From positions 79,095-143,094 of the forward strand of contig CAXXMR010000027.1 in NCBI GenBank assembly GCA_963663805.2: a stretch of 64,000 nt of DNA, given 5' to 3'. The position numbers were made by a program, and so were the translations under genes. This DNA comes from Sedimentisphaerales bacterium. Lineage in GTDB: Bacteria > Planctomycetota > Phycisphaerae > Sedimentisphaerales > SM23-30. Below the pieces are notes generated by a model, which was not told the DNA's origin, did not search any database, and saw nothing but the letters and a program-made list of their open reading frames with translations. Below, one piece after another: positions 49,883-60,968 of this stretch; within the stretch, counting starts at the first letter, position 1; the number at the start of each line of letters is the position of its first letter.

Positions 49883-52240
49883 ATGATAAAAAAAATCGGC
49901 TAAAATCGGGTTTGTGTTCGCGTTGGCATTGTTGCTCATTTCCTGTAGCAGCCTCTGTGCCGCGCCGGCGGGTAAGCTGATTCGTTCGGTGCGTATCGAG
50001 GGCAATCAGACCGTCGGCACCGGATATGTCCTGGCCCATATCGACAGCAAAGAAGCCACGGAATTTTCCGAAACCGTCGCCAATGAAGATGCCAAACGTA
50101 TTGTCCTGCTGCCCGAAATCGTCGATGTTCGCTGGGGTGTCGAGGAAGTCGAAGGCAATCAGGTCGATGTCGTTTTCGTCTTGCAGGAAGCTGCCCGTAT
50201 CAAGTCAATCGAACTGGCTGGCAACCAAAAATATAAAGATGCCAAGCTGCTGAAGAAAATCGATATTGTCGAAGGCGATTTCGTCGATATGTTCCGTGTC
50301 AATGAGGCCGCTCGTGTTCTCAAAGAATATTATCGCGGCAAAGGCTATTACTACATTGATGTCGATTACAACCGCGAACTGCTCGAAGAAGATGGCCGCC
50401 TGGTTTATGTCGTCATGGAAGGCCCCCGCCTGAAGGTCTGCGGTATCAGCTTTACCGGCAATCAGTCATTTTCCGACCGCAAACTCCGCGGTAAGATTCA
50501 CACCAAAAAATATTTTCCAATTTTTGTAAAAGGCAAACTTGAGGACCAGCAACTCGAAGACGACCGTTACGCTGTAGCGACATTTTATCATGACGAAGGT
50601 TTTCTCGATGCCCGCGTTTTTTACGACACCGCGTTCAACGAAGAACGCACCAGTGTAGAGGTGAACTTCGTTGTGGAAGAAGGCACCCGCTACAAGATCG
50701 GCCAGGTCCGTATCGAGGGCAATCAGATTTACGATACCGAAACCCTTCGTTGCCGAACTGGTCAAACTTGATGAGGGTATTTACCTTACCAAAGAACGCG
50801 AAACTCGCGGTCAGCGGGCGCTCCGGGAATATTATGGCCGCGCGGGGTATATTTACGCGAGCGTCAGGCCGGAACGGGAATTCACCGAGGCCGAAGGGGT
50901 AATCAATCTCGTCTACCAAATCACCGAAGGCGGCCAGTTTACTCTTAACCGTCTGCTGGTCAAAGGCAACGCAACCACCAAAGACAAAGTGGTTCGCCGC
51001 GAGTTTGACTATTATGGTTTTCAGCCCGGTCGACTTTATAACACCGAGGCCATGGAAAAAGCTCGTCGCCGTCTCCGCGGCCGTATGATATTCGAAGATG
51101 TAACCGTTAATCCCGTCGGCGAAGAAGAAAATACTCGTGACGCCCTGGTCGAAGTCACCGAAGGACACACCGGGGATGATGCTTTTTGGTGTCGGCTATG
51201 ATACCGACAATGGCGTTATTGGCCAGTTTACCATCGAACAGCGTAATTTTGATATTGCCAACTGGCCCACCAGTATGAGCGAACTGCTTGGAGTGATGCT
51301 TCGTTGGGGCCGGTCAAAAATTACGTTTCGAGGCTATGCCCGGCAAAAATGTCAACCGCGGTAGAATCGTTTTTTACCGAACCATATCTGTTCGACCAGC
51401 TTTACTATCTTGAGGTCCAGGCCCACCTCTTCCGCAGATGGCGCGAATCGTGGAAAGAGCGTCGGGCCGGCGGTATGGTTACGGTTTGGCCGGCGTTTTG
51501 AAAACGACTGGAGCGTAGATGTAAGCTTACGCGGCGAACAGGTGAAAATTTCCGACCTGGACGAAGGATACGAAACGCCGGGCGATAAAACGACACCCCG
51601 AATTATCATCGCGCCGCAGGATGTCCAGGATGTCGCTGGCGGCAGTCTTATCACCAGTGTCAAGTTCGGCGTAGGCCGTGACACCACCGACAGTATGTAT
51701 CGTCCCACCGAAGGGTATCGCATCAACAGCAGTGTCGAACAGGTCGGCGCTCTGGGCGGCGACTACGACTTCACTGCTTTGCGGGCCGGTGCCCGTTATT
51801 TTTATCCGCTCTACGAAGACCTGCGTGAAAGACGCACCGTACTGGTAATGCGGGCCAATGGTTCGTATATTGTCGGCGACGCTCCGATGTTCGAACGCTA
51901 TTACGCCGGAGGTATCGGCTCAATTCGCGGGTTTGATTACCGTGGTATCAGCCCTCGCGACGGACGCGGCAATGACCCTATCGGCAGCGATTACCTCTAT
52001 CTTGCCGGTATGGAAATTATTCAGCCGATTCACGAAGAAGTACTCTACGGCAAAATCTTCTGTGATTCCGCTTATATCGACAGCGGTTCAATGCGTCTTT
52101 CGGTCGGGTTCGGTTTCGAACTGGTTGTGCCTCAATTGTTCCAGGAAATGCCTATTAGCGTAGATTTCGGTATCCCGATTAACTCCGACGATGAGGACGA
52201 CGAAGAAATATTCAGTTTCTCGTTCGGTATGAATTTCTAA
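49883..52240 (+). CDS. bamA: Outer membrane protein assembly factor BamA; several apparent frameshifts
   Basis: POTRA repeats, GGIGSIRGF motif, C-terminal FSFGMNF. Confidence 0.88.
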
Positions 52241-52305
52241 TTATTAAAAAATAGTTGCTCCTCTGCGAGCGGAAAAATAAAACATAAAAATTGAAAGGCA
52301 GTACG

Positions 52306-52919
52306 ATGAGAAAGACCACTTCATTTTTGGCGATAATGGCTGTTTTGGCAATTGCTTTGGTATGGACCCAGCGGGCACCCCAGGCCCAGGCTGCTCCCGC
52401 CTCGGCGACGGGTTTGAATATCGCGGTGGTCAATGTCAGCAAAATTCTGACCGACTGCAAAGAGTACGCCGACCACGAAAAAACAAACCGCTCAAAAGGG
52501 CGAACAAATCAAAGCCAAGCTCGAACAGCTCAGCAAGGAAATCGAATCTCTCCAGAAAGAAATCGAAGTCGCTCTCGAGCCCGGCCAGCGCCGAATATCT
52601 CGAACGTCTTCAGGAGTGGATTAACAAACGCGCTCTCTATCAAGCCTACAGCGATGGTCAAAAACAGGTTCTCGAAGCCGAGCATCAGGCCTGGGCCGAA
52701 ACGCTCTACACCAAGCTTCTGGAAGAGGTCGAAAAAATCGCTCAGGCCGAAGGCGTAGACCTGATTCTCAATAAGGACCAGAGCCCTCTCAATACTCGCA
52801 AACTTTCCGACCTGCTCGAAGTTATTCGTGGTCGCAAGGTGCTTTACAGTACGGCGGAACTCGACCTGACCGATAAAGTGCTGGACTCGCTGAATCAACG
52901 TTACGCAGCGGAAAAATAG
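52306..52919 (+). CDS. skp: OmpH/Skp chaperone; apparent frameshift
   Basis: Signal peptide, IAVVNVSKI, coiled coil, DLTDKVL; located between bamA and lpxD. Confidence 0.8.
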
Positions 52920-52941
52920 CAACAGTTTTACAGGCGGTATC

Positions 52942-53955
52942 ATGAAACTGTCAGAACTGGCAGCCAGACTCCAGGGCACGATAAAGGGCGACGGCGACAG
53001 GGAAATAAAATCCTTGGCGGCACTGACCGACGCCCGTGCCGACGACATTACTTTTTTGAGCGACCCCAGGTTCGCTTCGCAGGCAGTCACCACCCACGCA
53101 GCTGCCTTGGTTCTCTCTCGCCAGGTCGAAGTCAAAACTTCCGCTAACCTCATATATGTAGATGACATTGACAACGCTCTTGATATCCTTCTGGATATTT
53201 TCGCGCCCGAACCAGACTTGCCCAAACCGGGTATTCATCACACCGCTCAGGTATCACCAACAGCATCAGTGGCTGATGGAGCGGCTATTGGCGCCGGAGT
53301 AGTCATTTTAGATAATGCTTCGGTGGGCCCAAATACGGTGGTCAGCCCCGGATGTTTCCTCGGCAGGGGGGTGAAAATCGGTGCCGATTGTATGGTTGGC
53401 CCTAACGTCGTGATATATTGGGGCTGTGAAATCGGTAACAATGTAAATGTTTTCGCAAACGCCACCATCGGCGCCGATGGCTTCGGCTACCGTCTAATAA
53501 ATGGTAAACACAGTAAAATCAGACACATAGGCATCGTTGTCATCGAAGATGAAGTCGATATTGGTGCCAACACCTGCATCGACCGGGCCAAATTCGGCCA
53601 AACTCGCATAGGTTGCGGCACTAAGATTGATAATCTTGTTCAGATAGCGCATAATGTTCGGATTGGCCCGAACTGCATTATCGTTTCCCAAACGGCCATT
53701 GCCGGAAGTGCCGAAATAGGCAGTTATGTTGTTCTGGCTGGCCGGGCTGGCATAGGCGACCATGTCAAACTTGGCGACCAGGCCATGATGGGGGCCGGTG
53801 CCGAGACGACCAGAGACGTTCCCGCCGGCCAAAAAGTCGCCGGGGCACCCGCCCGACCGCTGCGAGAGCATTTACGAAAAGTCGCCTATTGGGAAAAACT
53901 GCCCGAAATGGCCGCGGATATTAAAAAGCTCAAAGATCGGATAGACAAAATTTGA
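52942..53955 (+). CDS. lpxD: UDP-3-O-acyl-glucosamine N-acyltransferase
   Basis: Hexapeptide repeats, GADGFG, IDRA, KIDNLVQIAHN. Confidence 0.95.
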   Translation: MKLSELAARLQGTIKGDGDREIKSLAALTDARADDITFLSDPRFASQAVTTHAAALVLSRQVEVKTSANLIYVDDIDNALDILLDIFAPEPDLPKPGIHHTAQVSPTASVADGAAIGAGVVILDNASVGPNTVVSPGCFLGRGVKIGADCMVGPNVVIYWGCEIGNNVNVFANATIGADGFGYRLINGKHSKIRHIGIVVIEDEVDIGANTCIDRAKFGQTRIGCGTKIDNLVQIAHNVRIGPNCIIVSQTAIAGSAEIGSYVVLAGRAGIGDHVKLGDQAMMGAGAETTRDVPAGQKVAGAPARPLREHLRKVAYWEKLPEMAADIKKLKDRIDKI

Positions 53956-55262
53956 GTAATCAAAAAACCATAGCTAATGAAACATCCGTGCAGGGCCGCG
54001 GGCTTTTCGGTGGTCTGCTTGTAAACCTCCGGTTCCTGCCTGCCCAGCCCAATAGCGGTATAGTGTTCGTTCGTGTTGACCTCGATGAACCGGTAACCAT
54101 TCCCGCCTATATCGATTCGGTAGTCTCACGCGACCATCGCACCGCTTTGCAAATCGGAGAAGCTGAGGTCCAGACCGTCGAACATTGTCTCGCGACACTT
54201 AACGCATTGGGAATAGACAATATTATTATAGAACTTGACGGCCCGGAACTGCCCAATCTCGACGGCAGTTGTGATTTGTTCACAAACGCCATCCGCACCG
54301 CCGGAATTGTCGAGCAGGACGCCCCCAAAAACGAGCTGGTAATTACCGAGCCTATAGTGGTCGAGGAAGACGGGGCGGTTATTTACGCCTTGCCCGAAGA
54401 CAATAATAAACTGAATGTGATTTATGATTTGGATTACAGCGATGTGACCGCTATCGGCAAACAGGTTTGGGGTTGCCAGATTGATGAGGAAAATTTTGTT
54501 CGCGAAATTTCATCCGCGAGAACTTTTCTCCGGCAGGCCGAAGCCGAAGCGTTTCAGGCCCGGGGAGTTGGCAGCCATCTTACCACCAAAGATATTCTCG
54601 TTGTCGGGGATGACGGGCCGGTCGAAAACGAATTTCGTTTCGACCGGGAATGTGCCCGCCATAAAGTAGCCGATTTGCTCGGCGATATTATGCTCCTGGG
54701 AAGGCCCATCCGTGGCAGAATCGTAGCCTATCGCAGCGGACATCTGACCAATCATGCCCTCGTTCGCAAACTCATAAACTGGGCTGAAAGGCAGGAACGA
54801 CGCAAAAAAATCGGCACAGACGCTCTGCTCGACATCCGCAAAATACAGAAAATTCTGCCCCATCGTTATCCCTTCCTGCTGGTCGACCGGGTAATCGAAA
54901 TCGAAGGTGACCGCCGTGCCGTCGGCATAAAAAATGTCACCATGAATGAACAGTTCTTTCAGGGACACTTCCCCGGAACCCCAGTTATGCCCGGTGTACT
55001 GATTGTCGAAGCACTGGCCCAGATGTCAGGCCTGCTTTTCGCTCAACGAATGGAGCATACCGGCCAGTTGGCCTTGCTTATGAGCATGGACAAAGTCAAA
55101 ATTCGCAAAGCCGTAGTACCGGGCGACCAGTTAATGCTCGAAGTCGAGGCCGTGCGAGTTAAAAGCCGCACCGGTGATTGTCGCTGTCGGGCTTTGGTCG
55201 CCGGACAGGTCGCCGCTGAAGCTCAAATACGATTCATGCTCGTTGACGCCGACCAGGAATAA
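53952..55262 (+). CDS. lpxC/fabZ: Bifunctional LpxC/FabZ
   Basis: TVEHCLA, HKVADLLGD, SGH; then LPHRYPFLLVD, GHFP, PGVLIVEALAQ. Confidence 0.95.
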   Translation: MSNQKTIANETSVQGRGLFGGLLVNLRFLPAQPNSGIVFVRVDLDEPVTIPAYIDSVVSRDHRTALQIGEAEVQTVEHCLATLNALGIDNIIIELDGPELPNLDGSCDLFTNAIRTAGIVEQDAPKNELVITEPIVVEEDGAVIYALPEDNNKLNVIYDLDYSDVTAIGKQVWGCQIDEENFVREISSARTFLRQAEAEAFQARGVGSHLTTKDILVVGDDGPVENEFRFDRECARHKVADLLGDIMLLGRPIRGRIVAYRSGHLTNHALVRKLINWAERQERRKKIGTDALLDIRKIQKILPHRYPFLLVDRVIEIEGDRRAVGIKNVTMNEQFFQGHFPGTPVMPGVLIVEALAQMSGLLFAQRMEHTGQLALLMSMDKVKIRKAVVPGDQLMLEVEAVRVKSRTGDCRCRALVAGQVAAEAQIRFMLVDADQE

Positions 55263-55317
55263 ACTCTGTGTCAGACTGAATCATAAAATAAATAAAAATA
55301 AACCGGGAGTATTTTAA

Positions 55318-56127
55318 GTGGTTGAAATTTCAGCCGACGCACATGTAAATAAAAAAGCACAGTTGGGCACAAACGTTAAAATCGGCCCCGGTTCTGTGAT
55401 TGAAGAAGATGTTGTTATTGGCGATAACTGCGAAATCAAGAGCAATGTTGTCATCGCCCGCGGCACTCGCATGGGCCCGGATAACCGTGTTTTCAGCAAT
55501 TGTGTGCTTGGCGAGGAACCCCAGATAAGCGGCCAGAAAAATTCGCCCACTCAGCTTATCATCGGTTCCGGCAATACCTTTCGCGAAATGGCAACTATCA
55601 GCCGCGGCTCACCAAGGGGCGGCGGCAAGACTGTCATCGGTGACAATAATTACTTTATGATAGGTGCCCATTTCGGCCATGATGTTGTTGTCGAAAATAA
55701 CACTACCATCGGCAACTATGTTCAAATCGCCGGTCACTGCAAACTTGAAAATAATGTCTGGCTCAGTGCCTTCACCGGGGCCCACCAGTTTGTCACCATC
55801 GGCCAATATGCCTATAGCGGCGGTTCTACCGGAATTACTCATGACATACCCCCGTTTGTCAAAATTGCCGGAAGCTACCCTTGTCAGGTTCGCGGGCTTA
55901 ATGTGACCGGCCTTACTCGCGCCGGGTTCAGTGAAAAAAGCATCAAAGCTCTGAAGAAAGCATATCTGGAATTGTACTGCCGACACGCTGCCAGGAATAT
56001 CGCCCAGACCGTGGAGTATCTGGCTGCCCAGTCTGACATTGACGAAAAAGTTCTGCTTCTGCTCCAGGCTCTGCAAAGAAGTTTTCAGCATCGTATGGGC
56101 CGGCATCTGGAACAGTTTCGCCATTAA
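55318..56127 (+). CDS. lpxA: UDP-GlcNAc acyltransferase, paralogue 1 (more divergent)
   Basis: Hexapeptide repeats, GEEPQ, AHFGHD, AGH, HQF, GLNVTGL. Confidence 0.88.
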   Translation: MVEISADAHVNKKAQLGTNVKIGPGSVIEEDVVIGDNCEIKSNVVIARGTRMGPDNRVFSNCVLGEEPQISGQKNSPTQLIIGSGNTFREMATISRGSPRGGGKTVIGDNNYFMIGAHFGHDVVVENNTTIGNYVQIAGHCKLENNVWLSAFTGAHQFVTIGQYAYSGGSTGITHDIPPFVKIAGSYPCQVRGLNVTGLTRAGFSEKSIKALKKAYLELYCRHAARNIAQTVEYLAAQSDIDEKVLLLLQALQRSFQHRMGRHLEQFRH

Positions 56128-56163
56128 AATAGTTCGTACAGGTTAGAAGGAAAACACGTAATC

Positions 56164-57018
56164 ATGTCGGAAATATCGAAATTCGCGGTTGTTCACCCCA
56201 ACGCCAAAATTGGTGCCGATGTCTCTATCGGTCCCTTTTGTGTCATTGGTCCCGATGTCGAAATCGGCCCCGGCTGCGAAATTAAAAACAATGTCTCTAT
56301 CGAAGGCGTTACTCGCATCGGACCGCGTAACGTCTTTTATCAGAATTGCGTTATTGGGGCCGCACCTCAGGACTTGAAATATAAAGGCGGACCCACCGAA
56401 ACCATAATCGGTATGGGCAATGTATTTCGCGAAAATTGCACTGTGCATCGCGGTACCGAAATCGCCGCCGGCAAAACCGTAATTGGCGACTATAACCTTT
56501 TCATGGTCGGAGTACATATTGCCCACGATTGTATTCTCGAAAATCAAATCGTAATCGCCAACGAAACCCTGCTCGCCGGCCATGTCAAAATCGAATCATT
56601 CGCCTGGCTCGCTGCCATGATAGGCGTACATCATTTCGTTACCATCGGCAAATACAGCTATATCGGTGCCATGACCCCGGTGCATCGTGACGTGCCGCCT
56701 TTTATGAAGTTTTCCGGCGAGCCTAACGCTGTCAGAGGTATCAACGAGGCCGGACTGAAACGTAATAAGTTCACCGATGATGACCTCACCGAAATTAAAG
56801 AAGCATATAGGGTACTTTATCGCCGCGGTAATAATATCAACGCCAGCCTCGACCAGCTCGAAGTGCCCGACGACCTTAACCCCCACGTGAAATATCTTTG
56901 TGATTTTGTGCGACGCAGTTGTGAAGGACGGTTCGGAAGATTCGAAGAAAACCAGAGACTGGATAACGATAGCGACCGTATCCGCCGAAAACCTCAGGAA
57001 ACAAGAGACGAAGATTAG
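56164..57018 (+). CDS. lpxA: UDP-GlcNAc acyltransferase, paralogue 2
   Basis: PQDLKYKG, HRGT, HIAHDC, LAGHV, DVPPF. Confidence 0.92.
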   Translation: MSEISKFAVVHPNAKIGADVSIGPFCVIGPDVEIGPGCEIKNNVSIEGVTRIGPRNVFYQNCVIGAAPQDLKYKGGPTETIIGMGNVFRENCTVHRGTEIAAGKTVIGDYNLFMVGVHIAHDCILENQIVIANETLLAGHVKIESFAWLAAMIGVHHFVTIGKYSYIGAMTPVHRDVPPFMKFSGEPNAVRGINEAGLKRNKFTDDDLTEIKEAYRVLYRRGNNINASLDQLEVPDDLNPHVKYLCDFVRRSCEGRFGRFEENQRLDNDSDRIRRKPQETRDED

Positions 57019-57046
57019 TTGCCCTAAAACCAAAAAGGAGTTTGCT

Positions 57047-58093
57047 TTGGAGAAGTTAAGAACAGCAGTTATTGGCGCCGGTAAAATGGGACGCCTCCAC
57101 AGCCGTATCTACAGCCAGATGGAACAGGTCGAACTGGTTGCCATCGTCGACCAGGACCTCGAAAAAGCCCAGAACCTCACCGAGCAGTACGGCGGAAAAG
57201 CCTATAGTGACCCTGACGAAATAATTGAAAAAGTCGATGCGGTTACCGTATCAGTACCCACCGAATACCACCGCCAGGTCGCCGAACCTTTCCTGCGTCG
57301 TGGTATTGGCGTACTGGTCGAAAAACCGCTGGCTAGCACTCTGGAAGACGCTCGTTTCATGCTCGAACTGGCCCGCGCGCATAATTGCACTTTGCAGGTC
57401 GGATATTCCGAACGCTTTAATCCCATCGTGCAGGCCATGAAAAAGCTCCAGTTCAAACCCCGCTTCATCGAAGCTCAACGCATCTCGCCTTATACTTTTC
57501 GCTCCACCGATGTCAGCGTTGTACTCGATATGATGATTCACGATATCGATATTATCCTTTCCATGGCCCGCAGTCCCATCAAGGATGTCCAGGCCGTCGG
57601 TGTCAATGTTCTCGGCGAACACGGCGATATTGCCAACGTGCGAATTCTGTTTGAAGATGGATGTGTCGCGACCCTGATGGCCAGCCGACTCGCCCTGAAA
57701 ACCCTGCGCAAAATTCGCGTATTCAGCGAAGATGCTTATCTGTCCCTCGATTATCTCCAGAAGGAAGGTGTCATGATAAGCAAATCCGCCAATATCGACA
57801 TGGTCAAGCTCCTCCGCGAAAAACAGGCTTCCGGCGAACCTGTCGACATGCAGAAAATGAATTGGTCCGAACTGGTCAATATCGAAAATCTTAACATTGA
57901 CGACCGTGAACCATTGCGTCTCGAACAGGAAGCCTTCGTCAAAGCCGTCGCTGAAGGTTCACGCCCCCAGGTTTCCGCCGAAGACGCTGTTGCCGCCATG
58001 GAACTCGCTGAACGTATTATGGAAACCATCGAACGCCACCAATGGGACGGTGTCGGCCCCGCCGGCATCAACGCCCAGCACTGGCAAAGCTAA
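57047..58093 (+). CDS. Gfo/Idh/MocA oxidoreductase (GnnA-like)
   Basis: RBS AAGGAG and TTG start; GAGKMG, VEKP, ERFNP, DMMIHDID. Confidence 0.85.
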   Translation: MEKLRTAVIGAGKMGRLHSRIYSQMEQVELVAIVDQDLEKAQNLTEQYGGKAYSDPDEIIEKVDAVTVSVPTEYHRQVAEPFLRRGIGVLVEKPLASTLEDARFMLELARAHNCTLQVGYSERFNPIVQAMKKLQFKPRFIEAQRISPYTFRSTDVSVVLDMMIHDIDIILSMARSPIKDVQAVGVNVLGEHGDIANVRILFEDGCVATLMASRLALKTLRKIRVFSEDAYLSLDYLQKEGVMISKSANIDMVKLLREKQASGEPVDMQKMNWSELVNIENLNIDDREPLRLEQEAFVKAVAEGSRPQVSAEDAVAAMELAERIMETIERHQWDGVGPAGINAQHWQS

Positions 58094-58108
58094 TACGAGG
58101 AAATAACA

Positions 58109-58846
58109 ATGGCCCTCTTGAATGTAAATATCGACCACGTTGCCACCATCCGACAGGCCCGCCGCGATGATGAACCATCACCCGTCTGGGCCGCCGTCGA
58201 ATGTGAACTGGGCGGCGCCAGCGGAATTACCATGCACCTGCGCGAAGACCAGCGGCACATCCAGCCTGCGGATGTCGAGCTCGTCCGCCAGATTTCCGGC
58301 GTGATGCTGAATCTGGAAATGGCCCTGACTCCCCGCATGATTCGCTATGCTCTCAAGGTCAAGCCAGACCAGGTAACGCTCGTTCCCGAAAAACGAGAAG
58401 AACTCACCACCGAAGGCGGACTAAACTGCCTCAAACAACGCCGCAAACTCACTGCTGCCGTCGAGCAGTTCAACAAAGCTCGCATCAAAGTATCAGCCTT
58501 CATTGACCCCGACGCCGACCAGGTTACCGCATGTGCCCAGGCTGGCTGCCACGCCGTCGAGCTGCATACCGGCACCTATTCCTTCGCCAAAACCGAAAAG
58601 CAAATCATCAAATGCCTCAAAGATCTAACCAACGCCCGCGATGCCGCCTGGCGTGAAGGCATGATCGTCCACGCTGGTCACGGCCTGACCTACCGCAACA
58701 TAGCATCGGTCGCCCAGGTCGAGGGCATTGCCGATTTCAACATAGGCCACAGTATCGTCTCCCGCTCTGTTTTCGTCGGTATCCGCCAAGCCACCCGCGA
58801 AATGGCGGATTTGATTGACAAATACAGCCGACCTCCGTTAGACTAA
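58109..58846 (+). CDS. pdxJ: Pyridoxine 5'-phosphate synthase
   Basis: VNIDHVATIRQAR, HLREDQRHI, ELTTEGG, HAGHGL. Confidence 0.96.
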   Translation: MALLNVNIDHVATIRQARRDDEPSPVWAAVECELGGASGITMHLREDQRHIQPADVELVRQISGVMLNLEMALTPRMIRYALKVKPDQVTLVPEKREELTTEGGLNCLKQRRKLTAAVEQFNKARIKVSAFIDPDADQVTACAQAGCHAVELHTGTYSFAKTEKQIIKCLKDLTNARDAAWREGMIVHAGHGLTYRNIASVAQVEGIADFNIGHSIVSRSVFVGIRQATREMADLIDKYSRPPLD

Positions 58847-58896
58847 ACTGCCAAGGGTTGATTTTAGTATCTCTTAAGCAAAAATAGGAGTATCAC

Positions 58897-59769
58897 ATGT
58901 TTAGCGGAAGTATGGTAGCACTGGTAACACCCTTTTCGGATGGCGAAGTTGATTTCGAAACTCTACGCGAGCTCGTCAATTTCCAGATCGAAAGCGGCAC
59001 CGACGCGATAGTACCCACCGGCACCACCGGCGAATCTCCAACCCTGACCCATCAGGAAAATATGGAAGTCGTCAAAGCTGTCGTCGAGGAAGTCGCTGGC
59101 CGCGTACCCGTAATCGCCGGAACCGGCTCAAACAGCACTGCCGAAGCCATCGAAATGACCAAATTCGCCAAGCAGGTCGGGGCCGACGCGTCTTTGCAGG
59201 TCATACCTTATTACAATAAACCCACCCAGGAAGGCATGTACCGGCACTTCAAGGCCATCGCCGAAGCCGTTCACATGCCTATCGTGCTCTATAACATTCC
59301 CGGTCGTTGTGTCGTCAATCTCGAAGTCGAAACTATCGTGCGGCTCGCCGAAATCGAAAACATCGTCGCCATCAAAGAAGCCACCGGCAAACTCGACCAG
59401 GCCTCCGAAATCGCCATGAGTTGCGATCTCGACATCCTCAGCGGCGACGACAGTCTTACCCTGCCCATCGCCAGTGTTGGCGGCAAAGGCGTAATCAGTG
59501 TAGTTGCCAATATTGTCCCCACCGACGTTAAAGCACTAACCGACGCAATTCTCGAAGGAGACTTCGCCACCGCCCGTCAGTGGCACAACAAGCTCTTCAA
59601 GCTCAGCAAGGCCTTACTTGGTCTAGCCACCAACCCTATCCCCATCAAAGCCGCCATGAGTGAACTCAAACTTTGCTCCGAAGAGCTGCGCCTGCCTATG
59701 GTCCCGCTGGAAACCGGCAAAAAAGAAACACTCCGCCAGATTCTCACCGATTACGGTCTTTCCTGCTGA
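58897..59769 (+). CDS. dapA: 4-hydroxy-tetrahydrodipicolinate synthase
   Basis: GTTGES, PYYNKP, LYNIPGR, IKEA, LSGDD. Confidence 0.96.
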   Translation: MFSGSMVALVTPFSDGEVDFETLRELVNFQIESGTDAIVPTGTTGESPTLTHQENMEVVKAVVEEVAGRVPVIAGTGSNSTAEAIEMTKFAKQVGADASLQVIPYYNKPTQEGMYRHFKAIAEAVHMPIVLYNIPGRCVVNLEVETIVRLAEIENIVAIKEATGKLDQASEIAMSCDLDILSGDDSLTLPIASVGGKGVISVVANIVPTDVKALTDAILEGDFATARQWHNKLFKLSKALLGLATNPIPIKAAMSELKLCSEELRLPMVPLETGKKETLRQILTDYGLSC

Positions 59770-59771
59770 GT

Positions 59772-60968
59772 TCAGTCGTCAAGGGCTTTGCGATAACTCC
59801 CCGCCAAACGGGTAATCATCGTACTGACCAGGAAATGTTTGCGCAAATGACCCTGAGCGTTCCGCGCCAGTTCCTGGGCTCGGCCATGGTCATCCAGCAG
59901 GCTCTCCAAAGTTTCACAAAGTTTTATCTCATCCTGAAAATTAACCGTCAACGCCGTCTTGCCCGGCAGTATCAAATCATTGCCCGTCCCTTCCACGATA
60001 ACCACGGCATTGCCAACGCTCATTGCCTCCAGCAGTTCCGGCCGCCACATCTCCGCCGCCCACGGCTGCACGAAAATATCCGCACCCTCCAACAGATGCT
60101 TTGACGCGTCGCTGGTCGCCAGAATATTATCGATAAGCGGCACAAAATGCACCGATTCCCCCAATTTCAGTTCATCGACAATCTGTCGTAAATCATGCTC
60201 TGCCGGACCTTCACCCGAAATCGTCAACTGAAGTTTCTTGCCCTTATTGTGTAGCCGGCGTATAGCATGAATCAGCGTATTCAGACCAAGTTTGTGTTCC
60301 AGACGACAGCAGCAGATTGCCATTGGTGTACGTTCTGTCGTCGAAAAGCAGCACGGTGATTCGCCCACATGCGCACCAATCGGTAGCAGGCGTATCCGCT
60401 CCGCAAATTCCGGATACTCATGACGTAGATTCCGGGCTAGATTACTATTGCCGCACAAAACCGCTTTGCACCGACGGTCGGAAATATTCAAACTGCCCTT
60501 ATCCATCGCCAGCAGCGAAAGAACATAGGGAATATTTAAAATCTTGCTCAGATTCCGAACCAGGGACACCTGACGTTCACTCATCGCATGCAGCAAAGTC
60601 GGCTTCAAAGGCATAATCGCTTCGGCCAGCTTCTGAACATGCCGCTTCGGTAAAAGTCGCTCCAGCAAATCATATTTGGCCGTATCAATCGTAATCTGCC
60701 ACGCGTCCGGCGCTTCATTGGGAATCTGTTCCGGCAGAGCGTGTTTCTCCGTAAGAATCCGAATGGGTGGCGAGGGAATATATTCCAGCAGAGGACTGTC
60801 GCCAATACTCAGCAGACTGATACTGCTCACTTCGTCAATCAATCCTATCGCCAGACGCCGAATCACCGGACCATACCAGTGCAGCGCCGCCGGATCCGCC
60901 AGCAAAACTACCCGCGCCAGTTTCTTTTTCCCAGGGCCGTTATTATTTGTTTCCGCGATATTCGTCAT
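59772..60968 (-). CDS. GT-B (GT4-like) glycosyltransferase, divergent
   Basis: GEGP, ADIFVQP, LLEAMSVG. Confidence 0.75.
   Translation of the reverse strand: MTNIAETNNNGPGKKKLARVVLLADPAALHWYGPVIRRLAIGLIDEVSSISLLSIGDSPLLEYIPSPPIRILTEKHALPEQIPNEAPDAWQITIDTAKYDLLERLLPKRHVQKLAEAIMPLKPTLLHAMSERQVSLVRNLSKILNIPYVLSLLAMDKGSLNISDRRCKAVLCGNSNLARNLRHEYPEFAERIRLLPIGAHVGESPCCFSTTERTPMAICCCRLEHKLGLNTLIHAIRRLHNKGKKLQLTISGEGPAEHDLRQIVDELKLGESVHFVPLIDNILATSDASKHLLEGADIFVQPWAAEMWRPELLEAMSVGNAVVIVEGTGNDLILPGKTALTVNFQDEIKLCETLESLLDDHGRAQELARNAQGHLRKHFLVSTMITRLAGSYRKALDD

Noticed and set aside
46858..52919. Genuine pseudogenes or programmed frameshifting in ssb, rpsR, dnaB, bamA and skp
   Set aside because: Mostly essential genes with intact motifs and clustered single-base indels fit sequencing error better
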